A stretch of 64,000 bases of DNA from Marsupella aquatica (lineage: Eukaryota > Plantae > Marchantiophyta): assembly GCA_973895155.1 (NCBI GenBank), contig OZ316895.1, positions 21,464,558-21,528,557 of the forward strand, in the 5' to 3' direction. Within the stretch, counting starts at the first letter, position 1, and the number at the start of each line of letters is the position of its first letter. The notes beneath the pieces are model-generated. The model was not told the origin of the DNA, did not search any database, and was given only the letters and a program-made list of their open reading frames with translations. The position numbers and the translations under genes are program-made. Shown here one piece after another: positions 37,538 to 50,899 of this stretch.

Positions 37538-39046
37538 TCACTCCAAAGACCTTCCCTTTGTCTCCTGCACATATGTCATGACAAATATGGCTGCTATCGA
37601 GGAGACGGCCGAGAAGATGGCATAAAGCATGCTCGCTCCGAGTTGTTGAAGAAGTTGTAGGAAGAAGAGTCCCACAATGAAGTTCATGATCCAGTGGACA
37701 CACATCGCCACGGACATTGCTTTTGCTCTGATACGACTAGCAAATATCTCAGGCAGCAGGAGAGATGGGACAGGACCAGCTCCCACGGCAAACATGAACA
37801 CGTAGCTTAAAGTAGCAAGTAGTGAAAGATTTCCTTGGTATGGGGCCAAAACTTTGAGACCGGCAGCAGCTGCTTGCGTTGCCATGGCAATGGCCATCCC
37901 GCTGAAACTCCACAGAAGCAAGTATCGCCTCCCCTTTTTATCCACTAGAACAGCAGCCAAACCTGATGCTGCCAGATTCACAATACCCATATAAACACTT
38001 GCAGCAACTTCGGACGCCACACCAGCATTTCTGAAGACAACCGAGGAAAAGTAGAAGACGGCGTTTATTCCAGAAAGCTGCTGGAGAGCAAAAAGGGCAG
38101 ATCCAATAAATACAGCTTTGCGATACTTTTTGCTCCACAAAGCACTCCAAGGTGCTTCCCCCAACTCATCTTCACCTCGTGCTAGATCAGCTATAGCGCC
38201 TTTAGCGTGGGCAAAGCCCCAAAGTCTCTCGAATTCACGCTCAGCCTCCAGCCATCTAGATTTCTCGAACAGCCACCGTGGACTTTCAGCACAGAACTCC
38301 ATTAACGACGCTAGCAGTACGGCTGGAATAGTCGCAATCCAAAAGCAAACCCGCCACCACCCAGGAGTTGAGTGCACAGGAAGAGCTGCCAGAATTGCTC
38401 CCAAAATGCCCAGGCACGTCCCTACTTGAACCAAGCTCCCCATCGTCCCTCGCACATTGGTTGGAGAAATCTCGGAAATATACAACGATGCCACAGGTGC
38501 TGCCACTCCAAGTCCAATGCCCACTAAAAATCGACCCGCTACCATCATCCAATAATTCGGAGCCATTGCGCTCAGAACAGATCCCACGATCATTGGCATC
38601 GTGCTAAGTTGGAAGGATCGACGGCGACCATACCTATCGGCCACTATTCCAGAGATTGAACAACCGGCAAATGCACCCACCAGACAAGCACTCACAATTG
38701 ACCCTTGAGCCAAAGTATTTCCAATAAGCCCTAGATCATGGGCAATGGAGCCCAAAGGAATATTCACGACACCTAAATGATAACCGAACAAAATTGCCGC
38801 CATAGTGGCGACACAGACGTGAGGGACGCATAGTTGCCAACTAGGAGATGGAGCATCAGGGAGTAGTTCAAAAGACTCGTCATCAAAGTAGGCGGAGACA
38901 GTGTGTACAAGCTCAGATTCTAGAATTTTCTTCCGCCCCTTAGAGTGCGTCCGCTTCAAAATCTCCATACTGGCTTGAGACCTCATGTACAACCAATGAA
39001 ACAGACCCTCAGTGGACAATGGAGATGACGAGATGCCGTCTGTCAT
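37538..39046 (-). CDS. MFS sugar porter, plastidic glucose transporter-like (intronless CDS)
   Basis: About 502 aa from the first ATG, with about 12 hydrophobic segments. Motifs LFGYHLGVVN, ADRYGRR, YISEISP..RG, ESPRWL, QQLSGINAVFYFS, GAGPVP..LLPEIF and ETKG. Confidence 0.93.
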   Translation of the reverse strand: MTDGISSSPLSTEGLFHWLYMRSQASMEILKRTHSKGRKKILESELVHTVSAYFDDESFELLPDAPSPSWQLCVPHVCVATMAAILFGYHLGVVNIPLGSIAHDLGLIGNTLAQGSIVSACLVGAFAGCSISGIVADRYGRRRSFQLSTMPMIVGSVLSAMAPNYWMMVAGRFLVGIGLGVAAPVASLYISEISPTNVRGTMGSLVQVGTCLGILGAILAALPVHSTPGWWRVCFWIATIPAVLLASLMEFCAESPRWLFEKSRWLEAEREFERLWGFAHAKGAIADLARGEDELGEAPWSALWSKKYRKAVFIGSALFALQQLSGINAVFYFSSVVFRNAGVASEVAASVYMGIVNLAASGLAAVLVDKKGRRYLLLWSFSGMAIAMATQAAAAGLKVLAPYQGNLSLLATLSYVFMFAVGAGPVPSLLLPEIFASRIRAKAMSVAMCVHWIMNFIVGLFFLQLLQQLGASMLYAIFSAVSSIAAIFVMTYVQETKGRSLE

Positions 39047-42000
39047 GCCTATTTCGCTCCGCTCCACATTCTCACATTTACAGATACATGTGTGTGTCTA
39101 CGAAAGCAAACGTGACAAACTTAATCTATCACCTTACCCCAACTCTGCTAGTTTCGATTAGAAGGCTTGTTACCAATACGTGCCCTCAAGACAGAGAGAA
39201 TCAGATTGTCGACCTGTGGCTGTTGAGAAAGTTTTTAGGTCACTTGAGAGGATGATCGACTCAGTACAAGCACGTGGCACAATTGGAAGGAGCAACGTGG
39301 CCACACTATGCTTAATCGATCACAAGGGCCATTTGATTGCTCAAGCATCCAGGTACTAGCGTAGCAATTCTAACTCCGCTGTGGAAAATCTGGTCTGAAA
39401 AACGGTTGATCTCATGCTCAACTTCAAGGGTTACAGTTCACACTACTGCACCTCTGATTGACCTGTGAATGGTCTGTCTAGTCGGAAGGTTGTTCTCCTG
39501 GTCGATGATTTCAAGGGAGACCCGTCTGAACTACAAAGGTTCTTAATCAACACAAGAACAGAACGACAAATGTCCATATATTTGTAGAATTTTGGAAGAT
39601 CCGGTTGAAGACTTCGTTCTGATGATCAATTTCAAAGTGACATCGTCAGAACCACCTCAGGATCACAGAAAGACGAACTTTGAATAAGCGATTAAAGCTA
39701 CCCCTTACTCAACCTGCACCCAGATCACAAATGTTATTCACCTTCCTGCTTTGATGTTGTAGTCAAGATCTGGAGCTGTTAACATTGGACCCTCCTACCT
39801 CCAGTCACCTCCAAAAACTTGCGTGCCATTGCATTGCTGCTGATCGAGTGATCGATGACACCTTACCCACATGGACTAAGGATTATGTACAGAACGCAGT
39901 ACTCTATGTTTTCGATGGGATTATCACAACCCCTCCCGTTTTACTCACCTGAACAACTTCGTATCCTCTTGCAGAACCGTTGATCAAGCGATTTCTAGCT
40001 GACCATAACTCTGAAATTGAGTTTGTTGACGAGCATGAAGGTGCCAAATCTCAGAAGCTAGCTTGAAGATGGACCCCCTTCCTTGCTACCGACATTACAG
40101 CGAAGTCGATTGAGCGATCTCCCTTGATTTCAAGCCCATTCACCAAAACATTAACAGCGAGAGCATGTCCGCTAACTCCTCACCAGACTTCAGGCCTCGA
40201 CACTTCCGTCGGCAGAACAGGGAAACCGCAATCCACAGGGAAATCGAGGGAAATCTGAAACCGTACGCTTCAAAACAAGGAAACTAGAAGAGTGCACTCT
40301 CCAATCACGAGTCTGATGTTGTCACAAGATCATCAACCAAAGCAACACAGAGCTCCGACCCACTTCACAATCGAACGTGACTCCGCACTCTCCAGCTTGC
40401 CGCCATCAATAACCGTACGCCTGCCTTAAAACTACCGCTCAGTAATCATGAAGCGAAGACGACGACCCAACCGATCAATATGCCGACAAGATATTGCGAA
40501 TCCCCCTCAACGGTTCGGTGAGAAGACCAAAACGAATCGAATTGCACAGCACTCATCAGCAAAATCAAAACAGAGGATAGGTGGGGAAAGGAAAACAAGG
40601 CAAGGATCGATGGAGAAAAGGGGAGCAAACGTGGACGGCACTCATCAGCAGCGACGAAACAATTGGAAAAAAAACTCCATAGACGCGGTCAAGATGACGT
40701 TTCAGCTGTGCGAGAAGGATCCAAATCCAGCCCTAAACTCCCAAATTCCGTTCCCCATTACGCTGGCAGCGTCTCGTCCGCTGCCGGCGTCAAGCTCCTC
40801 TAGGATCCGTCCACCGAGGGCAGACTGAAGCAGGTAGACGCGGAGGTGCATGTCCGGAATCGAACGTGGCATGCCGTCGTGTCTCTGTGCTTGCTTTGCA
40901 GCAGAAATTATTTCGACTCAGCGAAGGTCCATAGAGATCGGAGCAGAGCCACGCCATGTCCCGCCGGACAGTACTTTTGGTACCGTAGCTCGCAGAGCTT
41001 TCTGAAAGGACCTTCCTGTGGCGAATTCGTTCTCAGATACTACCCACAAATCTCAGACCGACAGATCGATCGATTGATTGCTCGATGAGGCGAATTGCGA
41101 AAGCTCTGTTTCGAGTTTCATGTGGCAGAGTTTTTTTCGCAGATTGAGGAAAGTCGAAAGCTCAACAGACCAACGACAGGTGGCAAAGCAGCGGTCTGAA
41201 GCGATCGCCGTGACTGTAAGTGCCGCCAGATTTGGAGGTGGTTGTTCACCGTCGGGAGAATGACAATCCCGCCAATGGGCATGGAACACGTTGGCCTCTA
41301 GATTTTCCTAGGCCCCGCCAGATTTGGAGGAGGACCGAATGCGGTACGGTACCTTCCCGAAATTCTTGAATCAATTTTGTATGTACTGGCCAGAATTTGT
41401 AGTGCCCATGTACCAAATTTCACAAACTTTGAGTTCAATTGCAATAATTTGACGTTTGTAAATTCAAATATTTTTTGGTGTTAGAATCTTATTATAAAAG
41501 GGCCAACTAAGTCTACTCTTAAAGGCCTAGGGTCTAGAGTGAATATTCTAGATTGTAACCCCAGACAAAAATGATCATAAATCTCAATTAAAAAATACTT
41601 AAAATGATGATTAACTAAATAGCATAGAAATATTATTATGCAAGATTTCTTTTCTTTATATCTATTTACGGTCAAGGAACAAGGAACGGGTAATTGGGCT
41701 AGTATGTTAGAGCCTACTAGAGACTAAGGCATTTATACATAGATGTAGGATTACGATTATAATTGTAATCAGGTTAACTATAGTCACATCTTGGCTACAT
41801 CTTATATACTTATATTGTTTGCTTTGAAAGAAGATCTCATGCTCATTATTTTAATAATCACTTGAGAGATAAAGAGAGTTTGTGCACCGGAGACTTGGTA
41901 TGACCAACAGGTCTAGAATCCAAACTGCTATAAACCTTTCCAGTGTCCCATGGATGTAAGTCTCATGGGACGCATTTCTCTCTTGTTGTATGGAGAACTA

Positions 42001-42311
42001 GGTAAGCTACATTTCTATCAAAGTGACAATGAATTTACAACTAGTATGGTTGAGTTTATTGTCATGAAATTCTGAGGGGTAAATGTCATGAGATTAATTT
42101 TCATGTGTCAATATGGAACATTAAGATTGTGTTTTTTTATGTCTACTCTTTCTCGTGTTGCCTTGCACGAGCAAAACTAAATTTATTTTAGTACTTATCT
42201 TTATCAACTTATGGGAACCCAACTCCCATGAACCACCAAACTGTGGTCCATGGGAGCACTGTTTCAACATGGTGCTCCATCCTGACTTCAATTTCCTATT
42301 GTCCATCATGT

Positions 42312-42646
42312 TGTTGAGCATAGACGACATTCGCAACTGCAAGCCCATGAACCATCCAACGTACAATAGTTGCCACAGAGAGATATGTGGTTCACCTCCA
42401 CATGAGACTACGTCCACGGGAACACACAAGAGCTTTACTGCACTCTAGGCCGAACGACCATACTAAACATCCACAACACAAGCTCTCCCTATCTCTCAAC
42501 TAGCTCCGTAACAATGAGCCTTAGTCCCACCAGGGTCTAGCATCAGCCCTGGTTATATTCACTACAGCACTACCGCTAACATTAGCTAAGTCCTAACCCG
42601 AGTTAGCCTAACTGTGATTAGCACAAAACTAGAGCAATACCTAACA
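42312..42646 (-). mobile_element. Probable solo LTR
   Basis: Ends TGTT...CTAACA with flanks CATGT/CATGC (5-bp TSD, one transition). The minus-strand start TGTTAGGTATTG resembles the solo LTR at 14659. Confidence 0.55.
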
Positions 42647-43746
42647 CATGCTTGATAACTGTTAATATAATTAATGGGCTCCAGATCTTGGGGTGTCCAT
42701 TCTTCTCCAATAATGCCTTTCATGACTTTTCTCTTTGTCATTTGCAGGGGCAATTATTGGAGTAGAATGCAAAGGCAATATTTGGATCAGCTTGTTTTGA
42801 AGATTATCCTATACTTTAACTAAAATCAGTAAACTTAAATATGTGTATTGTTAAAAATAAATGCTCTAAAAATTAAATACAAAGCCAAAACTCAATAAAA
42901 GTATTAGAGATTAAAAAATATTTTAATGAATTGCAGAGAAGGTTAAAAAATGAGTTTGAAATGGAATCCCATTTCAGCTTATAGCTCCATCTTGGGGTCT
43001 AGGGTTTAAAATAATTGTAATTTGGATAGGATCCTTAACTTCTCTTTCTATTAATATCAAAGTCAAGTTTTTTCTCCTTCTAATCCATATCACTCTACTC
43101 AAAATGCACATTTTCTAGAATGAACCTCTACAAGGCTTAGAAATGAACTACGATTCCTTAAAATGAGCAAAGGTTTAAGAAGCAGATCCCACCTGAGCTT
43201 GTATAGACCTTTTTAAAATCTTGGCTCGAGGACGATGGCAACCCTTAGAAAAACCTAACAACCCTGCATTTGAGTCCATTTGTTTGTCTGAGAAATGTTT
43301 TTCAAAAGAAATACCCAGAGTATAAAGATCTGGACACACTTTATAGAGTCCATGTTCATTTCTAGCCAAGTAGGACGTATTGTCCTATGGTGCTACGCAT
43401 CAACGCATGGGTTACACTTGGTGGGTGATATGCTGTCACACTTGGAATCTGGACGAAAGCTCAAAATAGGTGAATGGGTACTACTAGTAGCGAAGGCTTG
43501 CACTGTGGAGAGGGTGTAACTTACTAGGGGTGTCAGGTTTGGGGGGCATAACCTATCAGCCTTGTGTAGATAATAGGTTCAAGACAAGTCTGTAATTAAG
43601 ATGAACTTGAAAAGAAAAAGAACAAATTTACTGAAAAGGCCAAAAGCAAATCAAGAAGACAAAAAAGGAAAGTCTAAGGAGGCGTAAACCAAAAAACCAA
43701 GAACTACAAAGAACACAAGATATTGCTAAACTAGTACCAATAAATA

Positions 43747-44060
43747 ATCAACATCTACAGTAGAGACTAATGGGGGCTTTACAAGAACCAGCCGACATGC
43801 AAGTCTTCATTCTCTAATGATCATCAACATCTAAAGTAGAGAGTTATGGGTGGGCTTTACAAGAACCAGCAGACATGCAAGTCTCCTTTTTCTAACGATC
43901 AACATCCAAAGTAGGGAACTAAGGGGGGCTTTATAAAGACCGGTGGACATGCATTCCCAAGATTTCTGTTTCTAATGATCAACATGTAATACAAGTAGAG
44001 ACTAATTAATGGGGGGTTTTACATGAACGAGCACACATGCAAGTCTTTCTTTTCTGAATT
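43747..44060. repeat. Minisatellite, 4 x ~76-80 bp
   Basis: ATCAACATCT...GTAGAGACTAATGGGGGCTTTACAAGAACCAG...ACATGCAAGTCT repeated four times. Confidence 0.85.
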
Positions 44061-44421
44061 AACTGTCGTGAGATGGCATCCCAACAGTTCATTTAAGGTG
44101 AGTGGCCATTCTTGATTGTAGAAGATTTGTGATAGCCATTTGAATAGTGGTATACCCAAACCTACATGACAATTGGTAAACCTCAATGAGTAATGGCAGA
44201 ATGGTGACTCACATATATACAGTACACTATTTTTGTGGCCAAAGTTTGGACCACTTGTTACCATTTGTGTCCCGATTTGTGTTATTGTGGAGGATTTGGA
44301 TTTCAGGCAAGGGATCAATTGGGCTCAATTGCCCCCAACCTCATGATCTTCACACCTAAAAAGGTGTATAACAATCTTGTAGAACTCATGACTAGCTAGA
44401 ATTAGGGGACTTTATTTCAAT

Positions 44422-44705
44422 CTCGGGGGTTTCACTTCCACAAAAATAGCACATCACGTGCGATGAAGTTAGGGTCATTTTATTGGTTCAAAGGGAAGAC
44501 TTAAGAATTTTCTGAGAAGAACAATAGGGTTTTTTAAATCAAATTTTGAGACTTATAAGAACATTAGGGTCCTTATAACTAAAATTTTAGAATATTCCAA
44601 CTTCATAGGGGTTGAAAATTAATATTTTTTCTTACATTTTAGGGGGTCCAAGGCCTAAAAACATCGCAGGTGATGGGGAGGCATCTATATAGTCAGACCC
44701 CCGAG
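44422..44705 (+). mobile_element. MITE subfamily B (same termini as family A, different interior)
   Basis: CTCGGGGGT...ACCCCCGAG with perfect TSD ATTTCAAT. Inner inverted motif CATCACGTGCGATG / CATCGCAGGTGATG. Confidence 0.92.
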
Positions 44706-45403
44706 ATTTCAATTAGGGGGCATATTGTGAGTTTTGGACAGGGGTGTGCACATGAGTTCCACTTATCCAATTTTCTTATGTTTATGATGTTAGACATGCC
44801 TATGTCATGATCTGTGTGACAAACAATGTAAGTTGTGTAGCAATGTGTATGCATCACACAATAGTTATCACACCAATATATCTAGGTGTTAGTAGAGTAT
44901 ATCGTACTATCCATGCAAATATAGAGGTTTTGTATATGTGCTATATGAGCATTTAGGGTTTGTGTTTGTGAGAGATAGTTGTTTGTGGTGGCTTGATGGC
45001 ATCATCTTTTGATGTTTAGCCTTCAAGCATGTCTGCGCTATGGCGGCTATGGTGTGGCCGGCCAGATTGTATGAACATGTATTCCTTGAACGCAAGGTGT
45101 GGTTGGCTTGACGTGTGTGATCGCATCAGGCAGGATTGATTGTGTGTTGTTGAATCTATTGGAGTTCAATCTTGTGTAGATTACATATTGTGGATTTTGG
45201 ACATCTGTGGACATGAATTTCACTTGTGTCTCATTCTCTTCTATTTAGATTGTGTTTATGTTTGGATATGTGTGACGTACAAGGGATGTAGGTTGTGTAG
45301 CGATAGAGATGCGCACATCAACTGGCTAGTCATATGGAGTCTTAAAAATGCAAAAATCAGCCATAATTAAAAGGCACTAGGCGTGTCAAAGCATTGCAAA
45401 GAG

Positions 45404-45642
45404 CTTGGGAGTTATTTCCATGGAGTGGCATATCACATGCAAGAAAGTATATGGCCATTTAAATGGTTTTGATGGCCTTAATTTGTCAATGGAAAATAAG
45501 GTTGTCTAATTACAAACTCCATCTTTGCCATCATGTGATTAGTGTTGTACAACTTTATATGATCGACTTAGGGGGTCATAAATGACTCAAACCTTTGGAT
45601 GTGATGGCGTTGTATGGCCCTCCATATAGTGATCCCCTCGAG
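45404..45642 (+). mobile_element. Degenerate CTCGGGG-type MITE
   Basis: CTTGGGAG...GATCCCCTCGAG with eroded inner motifs. No clean TSD. Confidence 0.5.
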
Positions 45643-46822
45643 GTCAATGCAAGAGCCTATATTGTGTCTATTTGAACATCTGATGCTTACGAGGTACTTA
45701 AATCCTGACTTAAATAAATAACTTGTAAAGCTTTATAGAGTCTTAGCCATAAATTGTTTTATGTCCTTGTTGGTACATCACTTATGGCTTGTTTGACACA
45801 CCCTTATAAGAACCACACTCTTGTGACTACCTAGCAATGCTCTTCTTATCCAACCACAACTCCTGGTGTTTATGGAACTCTGGTACTGTATAGCCATTAA
45901 TGTGAGGCAGATTGCATGGAAGCCAATAATAGACAGGAGAAATGACTAAGGATTCAATGCTTCACTTAATTTGTTTTAAAGGCTATTTACTCATTTTTGA
46001 AATAAAAAACACACAGTGGTAGGGCCTAGATATTGACAAGGAAACAAGGTGTGAGGGAAAATTTGGACAATGCTAGTTGCTGGCTAAGTCTGAGTTGAGA
46101 TGATGACAAGGACGATGACCAGGAAGACATTTTTTTGTGCATTGAATTTTTTTGTCGTATTACTTGTGCGGATTCTCCGGGAGTTTCCCTCCTTTGAATG
46201 CAGGTAGTCTGCCCAGAAGATCTTGTGGTGGTTCTCATTTTCTTTTGCATTCTCCGGTCTGGTGTTGTGCTGCTGAGTGTCCAAGGGTCCTCACTTCTTT
46301 CTTCAAATTTTGAGATTATAAGAACTATAGAGTTCTTAATACCAAATTATTAAATATCTCTAGAATACTCCATAAAGTTAAGGATTAAAAATAGTAAAAT
46401 TTTACTTTATTTTCTTGACTTTTAGGATGTTTGTTACTTAAAAATTCTGCGCTTGATATAGGACCTTCCTTAGAGTAAGGCTTGTGACTCACTATCTTCT
46501 TGTTGTATATACTTCATCTTCTTTTTCTGCTCAAGATTCAATTCGATTTCTTGTGGGGATAATTTGTGCTATATTGGCCACGATTCCGCATTTAATGAAA
46601 TTTGAAGTTTGGAGGTTTTTCTGATCATTTATAATTTATTGCCATAGTCTCTCCGTCAACCTAAGGCTCTCATTGTGATTGGTAGCATTTTGTCCAAGAG
46701 ACTTGGTTAGCCCCTACCACTTGGTTATTTGATTGATGCTTTAATACTAGTTGTTTATTATTTTATACCCAAGGTCCTTACTTATTTCCTTTCTACCCAT
46801 CACACAAAAGTAAGAATAGGGT

Positions 46823-47196
46823 TATCAGTACCCATGAATGGCATACTATGGGACTGCATCTAGGCTTGACGGTGAGTTATAAGAGATTTGATTACACTCC
46901 TAGTCAAATGAGCAATTTGCCGGGCTTCATCAAACCGCAATATTCCGCACTTGAACAGAATTTGGACAATGCAAGAGTAACTTCTAATTGATGCAGCCAA
47001 CAAACATCCAAGACTTTTATGCGATATGCTTGGGGGCTATTCCATGAAAAAAACTACTGATGTAGTTATAATGAACCAGAAGGTGAGAGAATGTTACAAA
47101 GACGGTTTAAAGTGCATTTTTGAATTGAAGAAGACAAACCCTCAAATAGGAAAGGATCATATTCTAGTTGCCCTTACTATGCAAAATATCTGTCCC
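46823..47196 (+). pseudogene. CRN-like REase fragment, copy 3
   Basis: Aligns with exon 2 of copies 1 and 2 (DAANKHPRLLC, MLGGYSMKKTTDVVI, CIFELKK). Truncated at both ends and contains stops. Confidence 0.75.
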
Positions 47197-47321
47197 TTAC
47201 CAACACAAAGTTTTAATCTGCTTTTCCTGGTCTCTCAACTTCATCCCACCTGATCAAAACAGACTCTTTGGATTGATGTAGATACGCCTTGGGGATCACT
47301 TTCACAAAAGTGGCATATCAC

Positions 47322-47610
47322 CTTGGGGGATTAACTTAGTGTTTATTTTGGGATATCATGTGTGATCCTAGCCTACTATAAATACACCTATTTTATAATA
47401 AAAAATATTCTAAAAGATTTTATATCTTCAGTATTAATGACCTAATTTACTTTATATAAGGTATATATTAGAGGATAATTTATAAATGTGAGTATATAAT
47501 GCTTTTCTTTGCGTCCTACATTTTTTTTATTGATTTAGCTAATTTCTATTAAAAATACATATTTTGGATTGCACGTGGTTTCTACTATTTTTGACAGTTG
47601 ACATCTTGAG
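47322..47610 (-). mobile_element. Old family A MITE nested in the composite element
   Basis: Colinear with copy 3 but with many transitions. Flanks CATATCAC / CATATCAT. Confidence 0.8.
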
Positions 47611-48387
47611 CATATCATGTGCGATAAAGTATAGGGTCATTAGTTTTGACTGAAGTTTCCAAATTTTGTGAAAGATAATAGGATATGTTTTATTTTTTTC
47701 CAAAATTTAAAGAATAATAGGCCCTCATAAAACACGCAACATTCTATGGAAGGTTTTAGGATATGTTAGGTATCTTTATATGTCATATATGTACATGACA
47801 TGCTTACAATTGGATATTGACATCACTCAATTGGCACACGTGGATATATCGCTGATATTATAATTATAATTATATCATAATTTTCTTGTGATGTACGAGA
47901 GTAAGAATCTCTTAGTGTTAGGGTTGGATTTTTTAATTGGGTTATTTTTTGTTTTTTTTGTTTTTTTTGTTGGGGGGGGGGACCGGGGGCGGGGATTTTT
48001 AGTTTAGTCCCTTACAAGGTCTTTCCTATAAATTATCATGAGCTATTGATGCTCTGGTATACGAGATAGAGTGTATGTACTAGATGGAAGTGACTAGTAG
48101 GCTTTGACCACAATCATACAATCATTCAAATTGTGAACATAGTGTGACATGTATTTAAGTATTTTATATTTTGAAATCATTAATTTGATGGTGGGTTGTT
48201 GTGAGTGTACTATAAATAGAATAGTACTAAGAAGAAGTCGGGTAGGGGATGGCAGATTAGCAAACTGAGATTCATGTTCAATCAATGATTGAGTTCCCCT
48301 TTGTCATATATATGGAGATAATCCAATCATATAAGGGTTTATGAAGCAAGGTATAGAAGTGATGCATTGAAGAAGGAACCAATAGTG

Positions 48388-48681
48388 TCAAGGTTTTTAT
48401 TTATTTTCTTCTAACCCATCACGCACCATTAAGTATAGGTTTTTTTATTGGATTTAGTGAAAGACTTTTAAATTTTTGTTGAAGAACATTAGGGTTATTT
48501 AAATACAGTTTTGAGAATTATAAGAATCATAGGGTTTTTAAACTAAATTTAGGAATATTCTAAGAATATTCTATTAATTTAAGGGTTCATCAAACAAAAT
48601 TATTGACTTAAGTTTTAGGGTGTTTATTCTCCCAAAACTTCACGCATGATATGGGACACAACTTGGACTGAGGCCCCTGAG
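48388..48681 (+). mobile_element. Degenerate subfamily B MITE
   Basis: Interior aligns with 44422-44705 and it ends GCCCCTGAG. TSD not recoverable. Confidence 0.6.
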
Positions 48682-50234
48682 CCAGGTTTCCTATTCATAG
48701 TGTCCGGTACCTACAATACTCCACTGTTTGAGAATTCAAAGTGCAACATAGACAAGTTGATGGTTGGACAACATGGAATTAAATGTATACTTATTTATTT
48801 TCATGCGAGGGTTCATGGTCTACGGACTGTACAAAAGATGTGAGATGTAGTATCAATCGGACAAGCGGAGAAAATTGCATCGAGTGGAAAAGAAAAGCAG
48901 ATTGTACGGTTGTGGAATTTTGGGCTCAAACGTTTGAGGTACTTGTCTTGCTTTATAGGGCTTCTTTAATTCAAGAAAACAATTTACTTAAAGAAATTGG
49001 CCCCTTCAAAGTAAGGGCAAGTAAAAAAATTCACTTAATATAAGAAGTTAAGGGGTTTAGACCCCTAAAACATTGCACGCGATGTACGGTCCACGGTCCT
49101 AAATAGAATGATCCCCCGAGAGATATGCGCAGTGAAAACTCATATCGATTTAGACTATTGGTTGATTTAAAATGAGTAATCATCCTTTCTCTTTGTCCTA
49201 CTGTTTGTTTTTATTTGTTTCTTCTTTACCGGTCTTGGCTCCATTCCTTAGCTTCTTGAGAATTGCAAGGCAATCTGTATCTCCTGATCTTGTCCTTAGA
49301 AGCTATATATGTTTTGGCAGTGTTTGAACCGTTTCAAGGACGAGAACTATGTAATGTTTTTGAAGGTGGAGATGCAAGGTATTCGATGATGATTCAACTA
49401 CAAACCTCGCTACAAACTTGACGTGAATATTTCTTGAATTCGGCAAAAGTAGACCTACATAGTTTGTTCAATGGTGAAGGGGCTGGGCTGGTGGTAGTAT
49501 CTCTATGGTTTCTATCCCTGAAATGTCAGCCATCTGGTTAAATTTGGTTTTTACTTCCAAGTTTGGGGGCCTTTTACACCGTTCTGAAGAGTACGTAATG
49601 TTTTGAAGGATGCATTCTTCTCTGGCTGCTATAATTTATGAACATAGGATCAAACATGAAAGCTGAATCTTTGAAGAATTGAACATGAGTGTAAGGAAGG
49701 AAATGAATATGGAAGCTTCATTTTTTAGAACCGCTATCACAATGACCTAATTAAGATTGGATTGAGATGAGTTAAGGTGACCAAGAATGGTGACGTACCT
49801 AGCCTTGACGTCCTGATTTTCTTTCAGTGAACTAGCTGTGCTGGCCATAAGGAACACAAAAGCCTGGGAAGAACTCGTCCAGAAATGAGTTGAAGATCAA
49901 AAAGTCGCAGAGAGCCCCTTAAGTTGTTAGACCCGGAGGTCATCTGATTCTTAGCCTTCTACCAGAACTCTGCTCACACAGATGTCTTAGTTTTGGGTTT
50001 GAAACAGATTTTTAAGCAGAAGCAGTTTGTCGTCATAGATCTTGGAGAGAAGTTTCAGATGTTTTTGACACTCATTTCTTTAGGTGATAGAGCACAGCCT
50101 TCTGTTTGTGACTTCAGTCCGCGTTTTTGTGAAACAATGAAATCCTTTACAACTTCCCCTTCACTTAGACAGGTGGCTTTCAGCTAAGGATTTAACTTTC
50201 TAGCAACCCAGATCTTGAAGGTTGGATTGCTGTA

Positions 50235-50373
50235 GTGAAACAGAAATTCTCGGAGGATGGGTACGGGGCAACACATGCAAGTGAATCACATAGGTCATGG
50301 TCTGCTTTGAATGCTGCTGCTTCCATCTTTTATCCGCACAGCCCCTTCTCGTATCATCAATTTCAACTCCGAC
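50235..50373 (+). pseudogene. Short-chain dehydrogenase/reductase exon remnant (FOREVER YOUNG/retinol dehydrogenase-like)
   Basis: Translates to QKFSEDGY...HMQVNHIGHGLL*MLLLPSFIRTAPSRIINFNS followed by a GTGAGT donor. Contains a stop and a frameshift. Confidence 0.6.
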
Positions 50374-50899
50374 GTGAGTTTTGTGTTCTTCACTGACAAA
50401 TTCTTGTACTTCTGGCGAGTGAGCTACAATTAGGAATTATATTACTAGAGATGAGTCTTTGATCTCCTCAGTTCTCTGGATAATTTTATGGAGAGAGATT
50501 GTGATATATAAACATTGTTTGTGTATCGAGCAGTCAGTTTGGTCAAAAGGGTCGGAACCTTTGCAACCTTTACTGGCCAGCATTGGTTAGTGGAACACAG
50601 GTCACAGGCAAGGCAAGGGATGCCTTAACTGGGAAATCATATATGAGCAATACCTTGCCGGTGGCATTCCAGCATTGACTGAGATGTTTATCCTCAATCT
50701 TTTCCTTTGGCAGGCCTGACGGCATATGTGGTCGATAACCAAGGGGGAGGGTCCCAAACCTTGAATATTGAACAAAGAGAAGATTCAGATGACTGACTGT
50801 AGCAAGTTCACACTTAGCAAAGGGGGAGATGCTAAGTGGCACATTCTGTGCATATTAATTGTAATCCCCTATAATTTTCCCTACAACAGAGTGCTAAGG

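Larger units (their letters stand above)
47288..49120 (+). mobile_element. Composite CTCGGGG-type element carrying nested insertions
   Basis: Left end CTTGGGGATC and right end GATCCCCCGAG. Flanks AGATACGC / AGATATGC match 7/8. Confidence 0.6.
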
